Shown: piece by piece, positions 1 to 12,952 of the stretch
Position numbering within the stretch: position 1 is the first letter of the stretch
Layout of the letters: every line of letters begins with the position of its first letter
Source of the DNA: Mustelus asterias
Lineage: Eukaryota
Direction: 5' to 3'
NCBI RefSeq assembly: GCF_964213995.1
Contig: NC_135830.1
Coordinates: forward strand, 19,158,001 to 19,222,000
DNA length: 64,000 nt
Made by a program: the position numbers and the translations under genes
Notes under the pieces: model-generated
Told to the model about the DNA's origin: nothing
What the model saw: only the letters and a program-made list of their open reading frames with translations
Database searches by the model: none

Positions 1-160
1 CCCCTTCTCACTCTACTTCTCTCCAGCAGTTCTCTCTCTCGTTTTCTCCCCATTTCTAATTATTTACTACCAGCATTTCTCTATCTCTCTGCCGCTGCCT
101 CTCTCTCTCTCTCTCTGCCTCTTTCTCTCTCCAACTCTTTTTGTGTGGCTTTAACCACAG

Positions 161-295
161 CAGGATTCAATGAGCAGCAACTTGCCCAAACCCGGAGAGG
201 ACAATGGGGAGACAGTCCAGTCCCCTAGCATTGCACCTGGTGTAATCTTATACCAGCCCTTGTATTATGAGTTGGCATACATACCCCCTCAGTGA
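161..295 (+). other. Possible terminal coding exon (QDSMSS...VILYQPLYYELAYIPPQ*) of a gene lying upstream of the window
   Basis: Pyrimidine tract 100-145, then CACAG|CAG acceptor at 160/163. The frame is open to TGA 293-295, and ATTTA-rich sequence follows at ~390-480. No homology recognised and the phase is unknown. Confidence 0.2.
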
Positions 296-1424
296 CAGAA
301 AGAGATAAACGTCCCTCTTTAAACTGGGTACAAGCTGCGTCCATTCCTTTGGTAGACATTTTGTTTTAAATAAGCATTCCTGTATTGATTTATCTATTTA
401 TTTATTTATGCATTTATTTATTTATGTATTTGTGTATTTATTTGTTTATTTATTGATTGACAGATTTATTGATTGATTTCTGTAAATCGGGATTCCCGGG
501 GGGGCTGTGACTGATGCTTTTCTGCAGAGACTGGGCTCTGGGCGCAGACCACAAACTGGGGACCTCCAGATACCTTGTCCCTTCCCACGCCATCACAGCA
601 ATATGTTCCGTGGTTATTATAAATGGGGGTCAGAAATATTGCATCACTCCTTTCAACACAGGGCAAATGAGAGAGAGGGAGTAAAAGATAGAGATGGACA
701 GAAAGAAGAAGCTAGAAGGAGGGATGGGGTAAGAGTTGGTGGGGATTGGTGGGGATGATCTAGATAAGAACATCCATCTTTACAATGAGAGAGATCAGCA
801 GTGGCAGAAGGAGAAAAGGGAAGGAGGGGTGAAACAGACAGAGGGCAGCCGAAGGGAGTGGAAGGTCAAATCAGAGGTGGTGATGGAAGGAGAGGATTTG
901 AGAAAGAGTGACAGGATGCGAGGATTTCCAGTGTGTTGTCAGTGGCTGCAGCTCCAATCACACCCTCTCAAATCGTCTCACTTTGGAGAAAAATCCTGGG
1001 ACGATTTAAGAAGTGTCGTTAAGGAATCATCAGTCCCATTCAAACTGAAAGAGGGAGTTGAGCAGCTTCTGGATACTGTGAGTGGGGCAGGTGATGGGCT
1101 TTTCTGCAGAGACTGGGATCTGGGCACAGACCCAGTTATATTGCATCTGGTGCTTATCAGCCCATTTGACCAGTCCATCTATTTCTTCTTGTACACCAAG
1201 ACACTCCACCTCACTGCTAACTATCCGTCCAATTTTCGTGTCATCCGCAAACTTACCAATCCCAACCCCACACAGGTAGAAGGGCTGAAATTTCGATTCA
1301 GTTTTAGAAGATTCTCTTTTTGGATATCTGTCTCTCTTTCTCCATTTCTTTTTTTCTGCTTGATTGGACGAAATGAAAGAAAGGAGAGCGTGAGAGAGAA
1401 TGAGCGAACCAAGAGGGAGACGTA

Positions 1425-2600
1425 TAGAATCACACAGTGCAGAAGATGCCCTTTGGCCCATCGAGTCTGCGCTGACACATTAGAAAAACTTGAACTCCCA
1501 CCTCACCTCATCTGCCAGCAATTGGTCCATAGCCCAGAATGTTATGATGTACCAAATGCTCATCCAGGTACGTTTCAAAGGATGTGAGGCAACCCGCCTC
1601 TACCACCCTACTGGGCAGCACAGTTCAGACCATCACCAAACTCTGAGCAAGTCTTCACATCCGCCCTAAACCTACACCTTGAACCTATGTCCCCTCGTGC
1701 CTGACCCTTAAACTAAGGGGAATAGCTGCTCCTTATCCACTCTGTCCATGTCCCTCATAATCTTGTTCACCTCGATCTGCATGCCCCTGAGTCTTCTCTG
1801 CGCCAACGAAAGGAACTCAAGCCTACTCAACCTCTCTTCATAACTTAAACGTTCCATCACATGCAGCACCCTGGTGAATCTTCTCTTCACCATCTCCAGT
1901 GCAATCACATGCTCCTGATAATGTGGCGATCAGAACTGCACACGGTACTCTAGTTGAGGTCTCACAAAGTTTTATACAACTTCAGCTTAACTTCATTGCT
2001 TTGGTAAGCTATTCCTCCATCGATAAAGATAAGTGCCCCATATGTCTTTCTCACCAACCTACGAACATGCCCTTCTGCTTTCATAGATCTGTGGACAAAC
2101 ACGTCAAAATCCCTTTGTTCCACAGAAGGCCCCATTGCCCGACTATTCATTGAGTACTTCCATGTCAAATTACTCATTCGAAATGTACCACCCCACATTT
2201 TTAGGGGTTATATTGCATCTGCTGCTTATCTGCCCATTTGACCAGTCCATCTATTTCTTCTTGTAGACCAAGACACTCCACCTCACTGCTATCCATCCGT
2301 CCAATTTTCGTGTCATCCGCAAACTTACCAATCCCAACCCCACACAGTCATCAATGTCATTTACATGAATTTTGGATGATAGGGACCCAGCACACATCCC
2401 TGTGGTTCGCCACTGGACACTAGCTTCCAGTCACTAGGGCAGCTTTTTGTCATCACACTTTGCCTCCTACAAGTCAGCCAAATGTGAATCCACTTTAACA
2501 AATTACCCTGTATTATCCCATTTAAATTCACCTTCTTTACAAGTCTCCTTGTCCCTGTGCGACCTTGCCAGAGGGTTTGCTGAAATCCATATAAAATAGT
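1425..2600 (-). mobile_element. Degenerate CR1 LINE, 3' part of the RT ORF and 3'UTR (a ~140-bp piece is duplicated at ~1135-1275)
   Basis: Minus-strand ORF fragments with KFADDTK, RRFTR..SYEERL and SGxPQGxVLGP motifs, and a CR1-type 3' end near 1425-1475. Confidence 0.85.
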
Positions 2601-2604
2601 TAGT

Positions 2605-3810
2605 CTCGTCTGGGATCTTGCTGAACATGCAGACAGTGCCCTACAATGCAACAGTGACAACAATTGAATAAAGAATTAACTCATAGATTGTAGAACGCCC
2701 TTGACATTTTTGAACTAAAAGTTCCAAAATTGGAACACAGGTAAAAGAGAGGAGTTAATTCCCCCTTACTGGGGGAACTGAAGGAGGGGGAATATTTAAC
2801 TTTCAGCACTTTGCTACTTGTGGGATCTTGCTCTGTTTGAAAACGACAATGCGTGGCTTCCTACATGCCAACAATATTGCAAAATAGATGGAGACAGGGG
2901 AGTGTGTTGTTGCTGAAGAGAGAGAGCGACAGCAAATGAGCCAGGGAGATAAAAACAGCTGGAGGTGTTTGGTCAGATGCAGCGGGAGAGACAGGGGGAG
3001 TAATTGTGTTGGGTGGGAGGGGAGTGGGGGGGGGGGCGTGCTTAAGAGGGATAGGTTCTATATTTCCATTCTGTGGGTCCCAGGGGGCAGGATTCAACAG
3101 CCTCACCTGTCCCTCTCCATCCTTCTGTCTCTGTAGAAACGTTGCCCAAATGTAAAACACGCTGCACACTGCTAAATGCACCTTGTGGGATCTTGCGGTA
3201 GTATTTTGTTTTAAAAGATTGTCTCAGCTTTTAGAGGGTGTTTCAGATTTCCAGGGGACATGAAGAGAAGTCTCCAGACTTGGGGCAAGGCACACACAAA
3301 GTGTGGTAGGGGTATGGGGCAGTGTCTTGGGTGCAGTGGGGAAAGGGTTCACAGCAGGTGTGAGGGCGGGGAATATCTTTGTCCCATCTGATTAGTTTCG
3401 CATTGCAGCTGCTGTGGGATCTTGCTGTGCATGCAATAGCCTGGGACCTTTGTCTGCCTGAGAACGATGACCACATTCTTTAAATTAGCTCACGGACTGC
3501 GAGGACCGCAAAGTAGTTTCGAAGGCCTTTAGCATTAAAGGCATAAACTTGGATAATGGGACTGAGGGAGTTAATAAACACTTTCTGTGGGCGACTGAGG
3601 CGACATTCAGCCAATATCACATTGCTGCTTGTGGGATCTTACTTCGCGGCCAATATTCCAGCGTCAGCTTGTGCATTACACCAATAATAAACACACAAGC
3701 ACACACACAGAAAACAATGATCAAAAACACTGACTGAATTTTGTAAGTGCCACTTTGCTTTGATTCGCCCTGTGCATTCTTTAAATTAACAGCAGTGAGG
3801 CCACATTCAA
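2605..3810 (+). mobile_element. Cluster of ancient DeuSINE (SacSINE1/AmnSINE1-like) relics
   Basis: Five copies of (TG)TGGGATCTT(G/A)C at ~2611, 2819, 3184, 3413 and 3630, some followed by CCTACA..CAACAGTGAC-like sequence typical of the 3' half of this SINE group. Confidence 0.5.
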
Positions 3811-3989
3811 AATCATCTCATCAACTGCCAATAATTTCTGCTGGCCTGGAGTAAAGTTCGTTAATTTGAAGCGAGTCTAATTGCGGAATAACTCTTGTGT
3901 CTGAGGCAGAGAGAGAACGGTGAGGGTGAAATGAAAGGCACAGAAGGCCATTTATATTTAGTTTACTGTGGTGGTCACTGTTGGCCTGT

Positions 3990-4280
3990 TCTCTCTCCCT
4001 CTCTCTCTCTCTGTTAGACGGACAGACAAACTGTCTCTGCCTGTCTATCTGTCTGTCTCTCTCTCTCAGTCTCTGTCTCTTTGTCCGTCTCTCACTTTCA
4101 CTCACTCACTTCCTCTCTCTGTCTGACTCTCTTTCTGTCTCTCTGTCTGTGTCTGTCTGTCTCTCTCTCTCTTTCTGCCTGAATGCTTGTCTGCCTCTCA
4201 CTCTCTCTGTCTCTGTCTGTCCGTCTGTCTGTCCTTCTCTCTCTCTCTCTCTCTTTGTGTCTGCCTCTCTCCCTCTCTCA
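3990..4280. repeat. (CT)n/(CTGT)n microsatellite, resuming at ~5365-5587 after a CR1 insertion
   Basis: Seen directly. Confidence 0.95.
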
Positions 4281-5358
4281 GAACATAGAACATAGAACAT
4301 TACAGTGCAGTACAGGCCCTTCGGCCCTCGATGTTGTGCCGAACAGTGAAACCAATCTAAAGCCCATCTAACCTACACTATTCCAATATCATCCATATGT
4401 TTATCCAATGACCCTTTAAATGCCCTTAATGTTGGCGAGTCCACTACTGCTGCAGGCAGGGCATTCCACGCTCTTACCACTCTCTGAGTGAAGAACCTAC
4501 CTCTAACATCTGTCCTATATCTATCACCCCTCAATTTAAAGCTATGTCCCTTCGTGCTAGCTATCACCATCCAAGGAAAAAGGCTCTCACTGTCCACCCT
4601 ATCTAATCCCCTGATCATCTTGTATGCCTCTATTAAGTCACCTCTTAACCTTCTTCTCTCGAATGAAAACAACCTCAAGTCCCTCAGCCTTTCCTCATAA
4701 CACCTTCCCACCATCCCAGGCAACATCCTGGTAAATCTCCTCTGCACCCTTTCCAATGCATCCACATCCTTCCTATAATGTGGTGAACAGAACTGTACGC
4801 AATACTCCAAGTGCGGCCGCACCAGAGTTTTGTACAGCTGCAACATGACCTCCTGGCTCCGAAACTCAATCCCTCTACCAATAAAAGTTAACACTCCGTA
4901 CGCCTCCTTAACAATCCTATCAACCTGGGTGCCAACTTTCAGGGATCTATGCACATGGACACCGAGATCTCTCTGTTCATCCACACTACCAAGTATCTTA
5001 CCATTAGCCCAGCACTCTGCAATCCTGTTGCTCCTTCCAAAGTGAATCACATCACGCTTTACCGCATTGAACTCCATTTGCCACCTCTCAGCCCAGCACT
5101 GCAGCTTATCTATGTTCCTCTGTAATCTGTAACAACCTTCCGCACTGCCCATAACTCCATCGGCTTTAGTGTCATCCGCAAATTTACTAACCCATCCTTC
5201 TACCCCCCTCATCCAGGTCATTTATAAAAATGACAAACAGCAGTGACCCCAAAACAGATCCTTGCGGTACACCACTAGTAACTGAACTCCAGGATGAACA
5301 TTTCCCATCAACCACCACCCTCTGTCTTCTTACAGCTAGCCAATTCCTGATCCATTCT
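4280..5358 (-). mobile_element. 5'-truncated young CR1 LINE
   Basis: Uninterrupted ORF 4373..5221 (KFADDTK...[10 protein letters not shown]...FFTQRVVRAWNALP) and a (TGTTCTA)n tail at 4280-4300. Confidence 0.95.
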
Positions 5359-5587
5359 GTTAACTTCCCTCTCGCTCTCTTCCTGTCTGCCTCTCTCTCC
5401 CTGTGAGTGCCCCTCTCTCTTTCTCTGTCTCTGCCTGTATCTCTTTCCCTGCCTGTCTTTCTCTGTCTGTCTGTCTGTCTCTCTCTCTGTCCGTCTGTCT
5501 ATCTGTCTTTGTCTGTCAGTCTCTCTTTCTCCCACTGTCTGTCTGTCTCTCTCTCTCCCTGTGTCTGTCTCTCTCTCTCTGTCTGTC

Positions 5588-5787
5588 NNNNNNNNNNNNN
5601 NNNNNNNNNNNNNNNNNNNNNNNNNNNNNNNNNNNNNNNNNNNNNNNNNNNNNNNNNNNNNNNNNNNNNNNNNNNNNNNNNNNNNNNNNNNNNNNNNNNN
5701 NNNNNNNNNNNNNNNNNNNNNNNNNNNNNNNNNNNNNNNNNNNNNNNNNNNNNNNNNNNNNNNNNNNNNNNNNNNNNNNNNNNNNNN
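5588..5787. other. Assembly gap (200 N)
   Basis: Run of N. Confidence 1.
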
Positions 5788-6352
5788 AGTGTGTAGCATC
5801 CTTTCCAGAACTGCAAATGATTACCACGCAACTTAAAAAGCAACCCAGTGTCGTGACGGTAAACCACATGGGAGGGAGGAGGTCGTATACAAATGAAACT
5901 TTTGGCCTTGGTAAATGTTTGTTCACAATCCCTGTATCCTGATGCGGTTTTAGTCAGTGTTATGCGATTTGGAGGATTTATTATATGGAGGGGGGGCGGG
6001 GGGGGGGGGGCGGGGGGGGGGGGGGGAGGGGCGGGGGAGGGGGGGGAGTGTTGCGTGGGGAACGGGATGATCCAATATCTCTGGCTCTGTCAATCCAGCT
6101 TTCTCTCTCACTCCATCCATTTGCTTCAGTGTTACATCTTGTAATTAATGTAAAATAAAATCCCAATGTGATTCGATATTTCATTGGGGTGTGGTGTGGC
6201 AGGTGTGTGTGGAAGAGTCAAGGGGTGGGAAACAGTGTTTCCCTTTCCCTCTCACTCCTTCCAGCCCTTTCTGGGAGGTTTTAGGGCTGGAAGGGTTGTT
6301 CTGTTTCACTGGGGGGAGGGGGGGGGAACCTATTCTTTGCCCACAAGATGTA

Positions 6353-8097
6353 ATAAGAACATAAGAACGAGAAGCAGGAATAGGCCATCTGGCCCCTCGA
6401 GCCTGCTCCGCCATTCAATAAGATCATGGCTGATCTTTTCGTGGACTCAGCTCCACTTACCCGCCCGCTCACCATAACCCTTAATTCCTTTACTGTTCAA
6501 AAATTTATCTATCCTTGTCTTAAAAAACATTCAATGAGGCAGCCTCAACTGCTTCACTGGGCAGGGAATTCCATAGGTTCACAACCCTTTGTGTGAAGAA
6601 GTTCTTCCTCAACTCAGTCCTAAATCTGCTCCCCCTTATTGTGAGGCTATGCCCCCTAGTTCTAGTTTCACCCGCCAGTGGAAACAACTTCCCTGCTTCT
6701 ATCTTATCGATTCCCTTCATAATCTTATATGTTTCTATAAGATCTCCCCTCATTCTTCTGAATTCCAATCAGTATAGCCCCAGTCTACTCTGTCTCACCT
6801 CATAAGCCAACCCTCTCAACTCCGGAATCAACCTAGTGAACATCCTATGCACCACCTCCAATGCCAGTATATCCTTTCTCAAGTAAGGAGATCAAAACTG
6901 TACACAGTACTCCAGGTGTGGCCTCACCAGCGCCTTATACAGCTGCAACATAACCTTGCTGTTTTTAAAGTCCATCCCTCTAGCAATAAAGGACAAAATT
7001 CCATTTGCCTTCTTAATTTCCTGCTGCGCCTGCAAACCAACTCTTTGAGATTCATGCACAAGGAAGCCCAGGTCCCTCTGCACAGCAGCATGCTGCAATT
7101 TTTTACCATTTAAATAATAGCCCATTTTGCTGTTATTCCTACCAAAATGGAAGACCTCACATTTACCAACATTGTACTCCGTCTGCCCGATCCTCGCCCA
7201 CTCACTTAGACTATCTGCATCCCTTTGCAGACTTTCAGCGTCCTCTGCGCACTTTGGTCCACCACCCATCTTAGAGTCATCTGCAAATGTTGACACATAC
7301 ACTTGGTCCCCAACTCAATCATCTATGTAAATTGTAAACAACTGCGGTCCCAACACTGATCCCTGAGGCACACCACTAGTCACTGATCGCCAACCAGAAA
7401 AACACCCATTTACCCCCACTCTTTGCTTTCTGTTAGTTAACCAATCCTCTATCCATGCTTATACATTACCCATAACACCGTGCACCTTTCTCTTATGCAG
7501 CAGTCTTTGGTGCGGCACCTTGTCAAATGCCTTCTGGAAATCCAGATACACCACATCCACAGGTTCCCCATTGTCCACTGCACATGTAATGTTCTCAAAG
7601 AATTCCACCAAATTAGTCAAACATGACCTTTCCTTCATGAACCCATGCTGCGTCTTACCAATGAGACAATTTATATCCAGATGTCTCGCAATTTCTTCCT
7701 TGATGACAGATTCAAGCACGTTCCCTACTACAGGAGTTAAGCTAACCAGCCTATAGTTACCCGCCTTTTGTCTACTTCCTTTTTTACACAGTGGCGTCAC
7801 ATTTGCTATTTTCCAATCTGTGGGAACCACCCCAGAGTCCAGCGAAATTTGGTAAATTACCACTAGTGCATTTGCTATTTCTGCCGCCATCTCTTTTAGT
7901 ACCCTGGGATGTATTCCATCAGGACCAGGAGACGTGTCTACCTTTAGCCCCATTAACTTCCCCAACACTACCTCTTTCGTGATAATGATAGTTTCTCAGT
8001 TCTCACCTGCCATAGCCTTCTTGTCATCAATTTTTGGCATGTTATTTGTGTCTTCCACTGTGAAGACCGACACAAAATACCTGTTCAGTGCAGCCTC
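6353..8097 (-). mobile_element. 5'-truncated CR1 LINE related to the full-length element at 8510
   Basis: RT ORF fragments 7459..7968, 6892..7302 and 6520..6768, and a TTCTTATGTTCTTA tail at ~6353-6366. Confidence 0.95.
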
Positions 8098-8510
8098 TCT
8101 GACAAGGCCTCGATTCAAGGCTTAATTTCATGGCCATCAGGATGCCTTTTCCATTTGCCTTATTCCCGAACAGTTCCATGTGTTTATTTGGGTGAGTTAA
8201 ATGGTTAGCTAAAACGTGCAGCAACTGCAAAAAATCATTTTACTCAGGATGTAATTGTGGGTTATCGAAGACTCTCTCTCAAAGTTCTACTTTGATCATG
8301 TTATCAGTGATGGAGAGAGAGCAGAAAGGGTAAAAGGGGGAGGAAGATAGAAAGCAGAGTGGTGTTCCGCAGGGCTCTGTATTGGGACCTCTACCGTTTG
8401 TGATTTATATAAATGATCTGGAAGAAGGAGTAACTGGGGTGATCAGTACGTTTGCGGACGACACAAAATTGGCAGGACTTGCAGATAGTGAGGAGCATTT
8501 TCAGAAGCTG

Positions 8511-8851
8511 TTGTTCCCAGGAGCAGGCTGAGGGTAAGAGAGTGGGTTTTCTGACTGTAATTAATTATTTATTTTTTCAGTTAATTTTGGGTTTAAAATC
8601 GGAGGTTTTTTTCAAAACCGGAAGTCAGGCCAGGAGTGGCCAGGGGAAGTTTTTGGAGGGTTTAAAAAGGGCTTACCTTGGAGGTTCAGCTTCATTGTTC
8701 CCAGGAGCAGGCTGAGGGTAAGAGAGTGGGTTTTCTGACTGTAATTATTTATTTATTTTTTCAGTTAATTTTGGGTTTAAAATCGGAGGTTTTTTTCAAA
8801 ACCGGAAGTCAGGCCAGGAGTGGCCAGGGGAAGTTTTTGGAGGGTTTAAAA
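8511..8851 (+). promoter_or_regulatory. Tandem 184-bp 5'UTR monomers, putative internal Pol II promoter
   Basis: Units start at 8511 and 8695 and are near-identical. ETS motif ACCGGAAGT at 8617 and 8801, TTTAAAA at 8661, Inr-like TCATT at 8692-8696. Confidence 0.6.
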
Positions 8852-9011
8852 GTGCACCAAAGTATACAGCGGGCAGCATCGTAGCGGGCAGCAGAGTGAG
8901 TGGGAAGTTGAGTGAGCTGTCAGGGCTTTGGCTCACAGGGCTTGGACGAGTTTTTGTTTCCTTACACTCTTATTAACTTTTCACTGTCTTACTTGACATA
9001 AAGTGTCCAGT

Positions 9012-9942
9012 ATGAGTGTGAAACCAATGTGTTGTTCCCAGTGTAGGATGTGGGAGGTCCTGGAGGCATCTGGCCTCCCGGACATCCACATCTGTGAGGG
9101 GTGTGTCGAGCTGCGGTTCCTGAGAGACCGTGTTAGGGAGCTGGAACTACAACTCGAGGATCTTAGGCTGATGAGGGAGAATGAGGAGGTGATAGACAAG
9201 AGCTATCATCAGGTGGTCACACCAGGGCCACGGGAAGAGGCCAAGTGGGTGACGGCCAGGAAGGGTAAGGCTAGGGTGGTTGAGAGCACCCCGGTGGATT
9301 TGCCCCTGCACAACAAGTACTCCTGCTTGAGTACTGCTGGGGGGGACAGCCCGCCTGGGAGTGGGCAGCAGTGGCCGTGTCTCCGCAGTGGAGTCCAGCC
9401 CTGTAACTCAGAGGGCTAAGGAAAAGAGGAGGAAGGCGGTATTAATCGGGGACTCGATGGTGAAGGGGACAGACAGGCGTTTCTGCGGAGGTAGGCGGGA
9501 TTCTCGCATGGTGGTCTGCCTCCCTGGGGCCGGGATCCAGGATGTCGCTAGTCGCGTCCCGGAAATCCTGAGGTGGGAGGGAAAGGAGCCTGAGGTAGCG
9601 GTACATATTGGTACCGCTGATGTGGGTAGGAAGGGAGAAGGGGTCATGAAAAGGGAGTACAGGGAATTAGGGAGACAGCTGAGAAAGAGGAAAGCAAAGG
9701 TAGTAATCTCAGGATTACTGCCTGTGCCACGGGAAGGTGAGGGCAGGAATGGAGTGAGGTGGAGGATGAATGTGTGGCTGAGGGACTGGTGCAGGGGGCA
9801 GGGATTCAGGTTCCTGGACCATTGGGACCTCTTTAGGGGCAGGGGTGATCTGTATACAAAAAACGGGTGGAACTTGAATCACACGGGGACCAATATCCTG
9901 GCCGGTAGGTTGGCTAAGGCTACTGGGGAGAATTTAAACTAG
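9012..9942 (+). pseudogene. CR1 ORF1: CxxC...CxxC Zn finger, leucine zipper and SGNH/GDSL esterase, with one +1 frameshift near 9360
   Basis: ORF 9003..9419 (CCSQC...ICEGC...LRDRVRELELQL) plus ORF 9361..9942 (LIGDSMV, HIGTAD). Confidence 0.9.
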
Positions 9943-9947
9943 ATAGG

Positions 9948-12900
9948 TTGGGGGGAGGGGAGCTAGAAGAGTTGACTAGGATCAAGGAACTAATTGATGG
10001 GGGGGAGGATGCAGGGGTAAGGGGAATTACAAAATTAATGGTAGAGGAGAGGGTGCAAGTGAATGAAGGCGGTAATTTAGATAAGGGAGTAGAGGGAGAC
10101 GGTGTTCGCGACTCATCAAAGCGGGTTCAGATAAAAGCTGGAATAAGGACACTTTGCCTGAATGCACGAAGCATTCGGAACAAGGTGAATGAGTTGATGG
10201 TGCAAATCAGCACAAGTGGGTACGATCTAGTGGCCATTACAGAAACATGGCTGAAAGGTGACCAGGACTGGGAGATGAATATCCAGGGGTATCAGGCGTT
10301 TAGGAAGAATAGACAGGAAGGAAAAGGTGGTGGGGTCGCGCTATTAATAAGAGATAATATCAGGGTAGTACTGAGGGATGACATAGGCTCTGAGGAACAA
10401 AACGTGGAATCATTATGGGTAGAGATGAGGAATAGTAGAGGGAGAAAGACACTAGTAGGTGTGGTATATAGGCCCCCAAATAATAATGTTGAGGTAGGGA
10501 GGGCTGTAAACAAGCAGATAAGGGATGCGTGTAAAAACGGAACGGCAATAATCATGGGGGACTTCAACATGCACATTGACTGGCAGACTCAAGTCGGTAA
10601 GGGTGGAATGGAGGAAGAGTTCTTAGAATGCTGTCGGGATAGTTTCCTTGAACAGCATGTTACGGAACCGACGAGGGAACGAGCTATTTTGGATCTGGTA
10701 TTGTGTAACGAGGTAGGTAGAATTAAGGATCTTATTGTGAAGGACCCTCTTGGGTCTAGTGACCACAATATGGTCGAATTTCTGATTCAGATGGAAGAGG
10801 AGAAAGTTTGGTCTCAAACCAGTGTCCTCTGTTTGAACAGAGGGAAATATGATAGGATGAGGGATGAATTGGCTAAGGTAGACTGGGAGAGCAGGCTGGC
10901 AGGTAGGATAGCTGAGGAACAGTGGAGGATTTTTAAGGAGATCCTTTTCAGTTCTCAGCAAAAGTATATTCCAGCAAAAAACAAGGATTGTAAGAAAAGG
11001 GAGAACCAGCCGTGGATAACGAAGGAAATAAAGGAGAGTATTAAAATAAAAACAGCTGCGTACAGAGTGGCCAAAAATAGTGGAGAAACAAGTGATTGGG
11101 AAAAATTTAAGAAACAACAAAGAGAGACTAAGAAAGCGATAAAGAAAGGAAGGTTAGACTATGAAGCTAGGCTAGCAATTAATATAAAAAATGATAGTAA
11201 AAGTTTTTATAAATATATAAAAAGGAATAGAGTGGCTAGAGTGAATGTTGGACCCTTGGAGGACGAGAGGGGGGAGTTAATAGTGGGAAATGAGGATATG
11301 GCTGAGTCTTTAAATACGTTTTTTGTGTCGGTCTTCACGGTGGAGGACACAAGTAGTTTGCCAAATATTAACGATAGAGGGTTGGCAGCAGGAGAAATAC
11401 TTAATACGATTAATGTTACCAGAGAGGCAGTGCTGGGTAGACTAATGGGACTGAAGGTGGACAAGTCCCCGGGTCCGGATGGAATGCATCCCAGGGTATT
11501 GAAAGAAATGTCAGAGGTAATAGTGGATGCGTTAGTGATTATTTATCAAAACTCGTTGCATTCTGGGGTAGTGCCGGTTGATTGGAAAACGGCTAATGTT
11601 ACGCCGCTGTTTAAAAAAGGAAGGAGACAAAAGGCGGGTAACTATAGGCTGGTCAGCTTAACGTCTGTAGTAGGGAAAATGCTGGAATCCATTATTAAAG
11701 AGGAGATAGCAGGGCATCTGGATAGAAATGGTTCGATCAATCAGACGCAGCATGGATTCATGAGGGGAAAGTCGTGCTTGACGAACATGTTGGATTTTTA
11801 TGAAGATGTGACGAGGGCGGTTGATGGAGGAGAACCGGTGGATGCGGTGTTTTTGGATTTCCAAAAGGCGTTTGATAAGGTGCCCCATAAAAGGCTGCTG
11901 AAGAAGATTAGGGCACACGGAGTTGGGGGTAGTGTGTTAAAGTGGATTGGGGACTGGCTATCCGACAGGAAGCAAAGAGTCGGAATAAAGGGTGTTTTTC
12001 CGGTTGGAGGAAGGTAACTAGTGGCGTGCCGCAGGGATCGGTACTCGGGCCGCAACTGTTTACCATTTATATAGATGATCTGGAGGAGGGGACGGAGTGT
12101 AGGGTAACGAAGTTTGCAGACGACACAAAGATAAGTGGAAAAGTGAATCGTGTGGAGGACGGAGAAGATCTGCAGAGAGATTTGGACAGGCTGAGTGAGT
12201 GGGCGAGGATATGGCAAATGGAGTATAACGTTGATAAATGCGAGGTTATACACTTTGGAGGAAATAATAACAAATGGGATTACTATCTCAATGGAAACAA
12301 ATTAAAACATGCTACCGTGCAAAGGGACCTGGGGGTCCTTGTGCATGAGACGCAAAAGCCCAGTCTGCAGGTACAACAGGTGATCAAGAAGGCAAATGGG
12401 ATGTTGGCCTATATTGCGAGGGGGATAGAATATAAAAGCAGGGATGTCTTGATGCACCTGTACAGGGCATTGGTGAGGCCGCAGCTGGAATACTGTGTGC
12501 AGTATTGGTCCCCTTATATGAGGAAGGATATATTGGCATTGGAGGGAGTGCAGAGAAGGTTCACCAGGTTGATACCGGAGATGAGGGGTTTGGATTATGA
12601 GGAGAGGCTGAGGAGATTGGGTTTGTACTCGTTGGAGTTTAGAAGGATGAGGGGGGATCTTATGGAGACTTATAAGATAATGCGGGGGCTGGATAGGGTG
12701 GAGGCGGAGAGATTCTTTCCACTTAGTAAGGAAGTTAAAACTAGAGGACACAGCCTCAAAATAAAGGGGGGTCGGTTTAAGACAGAGTTGAGGAGGAACT
12801 TCTTCTCCCAGAGGGTGGTGAATCTCTGGAATTCTCTGCCCACTGAGGTGGTGGAGGCTACCTCGCTGAATATGTTTAAAGCGCGGATGGATGGATTCCT

Positions 12901-12952
12901 GAGCGGTAAGGGAATTAAGGGTTATGGGGATCAGGCGGGTAAGTGGTACTGA
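9948..12952 (+). pseudogene. CR1 ORF2: APE endonuclease and reverse transcriptase, with one 1-bp deletion near 11990
   Basis: Motifs [41 protein letters not shown] and FADD. The paralog at ~7391-7430 reads GTAAATGGGTGT where this copy reads ATAAAGGGTGT. Confidence 0.95.

Noticed and set aside
736-1587. 283-aa ORF
   Set aside because: Non-ATG start, and it runs through GA-rich sequence and antisense CR1 pieces with no domain signature.
5988-6050. Poly-G tract, G-quadruplex candidate (also poly-C at ~50906-50926)
   Set aside because: Simple homopolymers of unreliable length with no functional context.
8534-8580. 47-nt intron within a single CR1 monomer
   Set aside because: Below the usual vertebrate minimum intron size. 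Only cross-monomer splicing is plausible.
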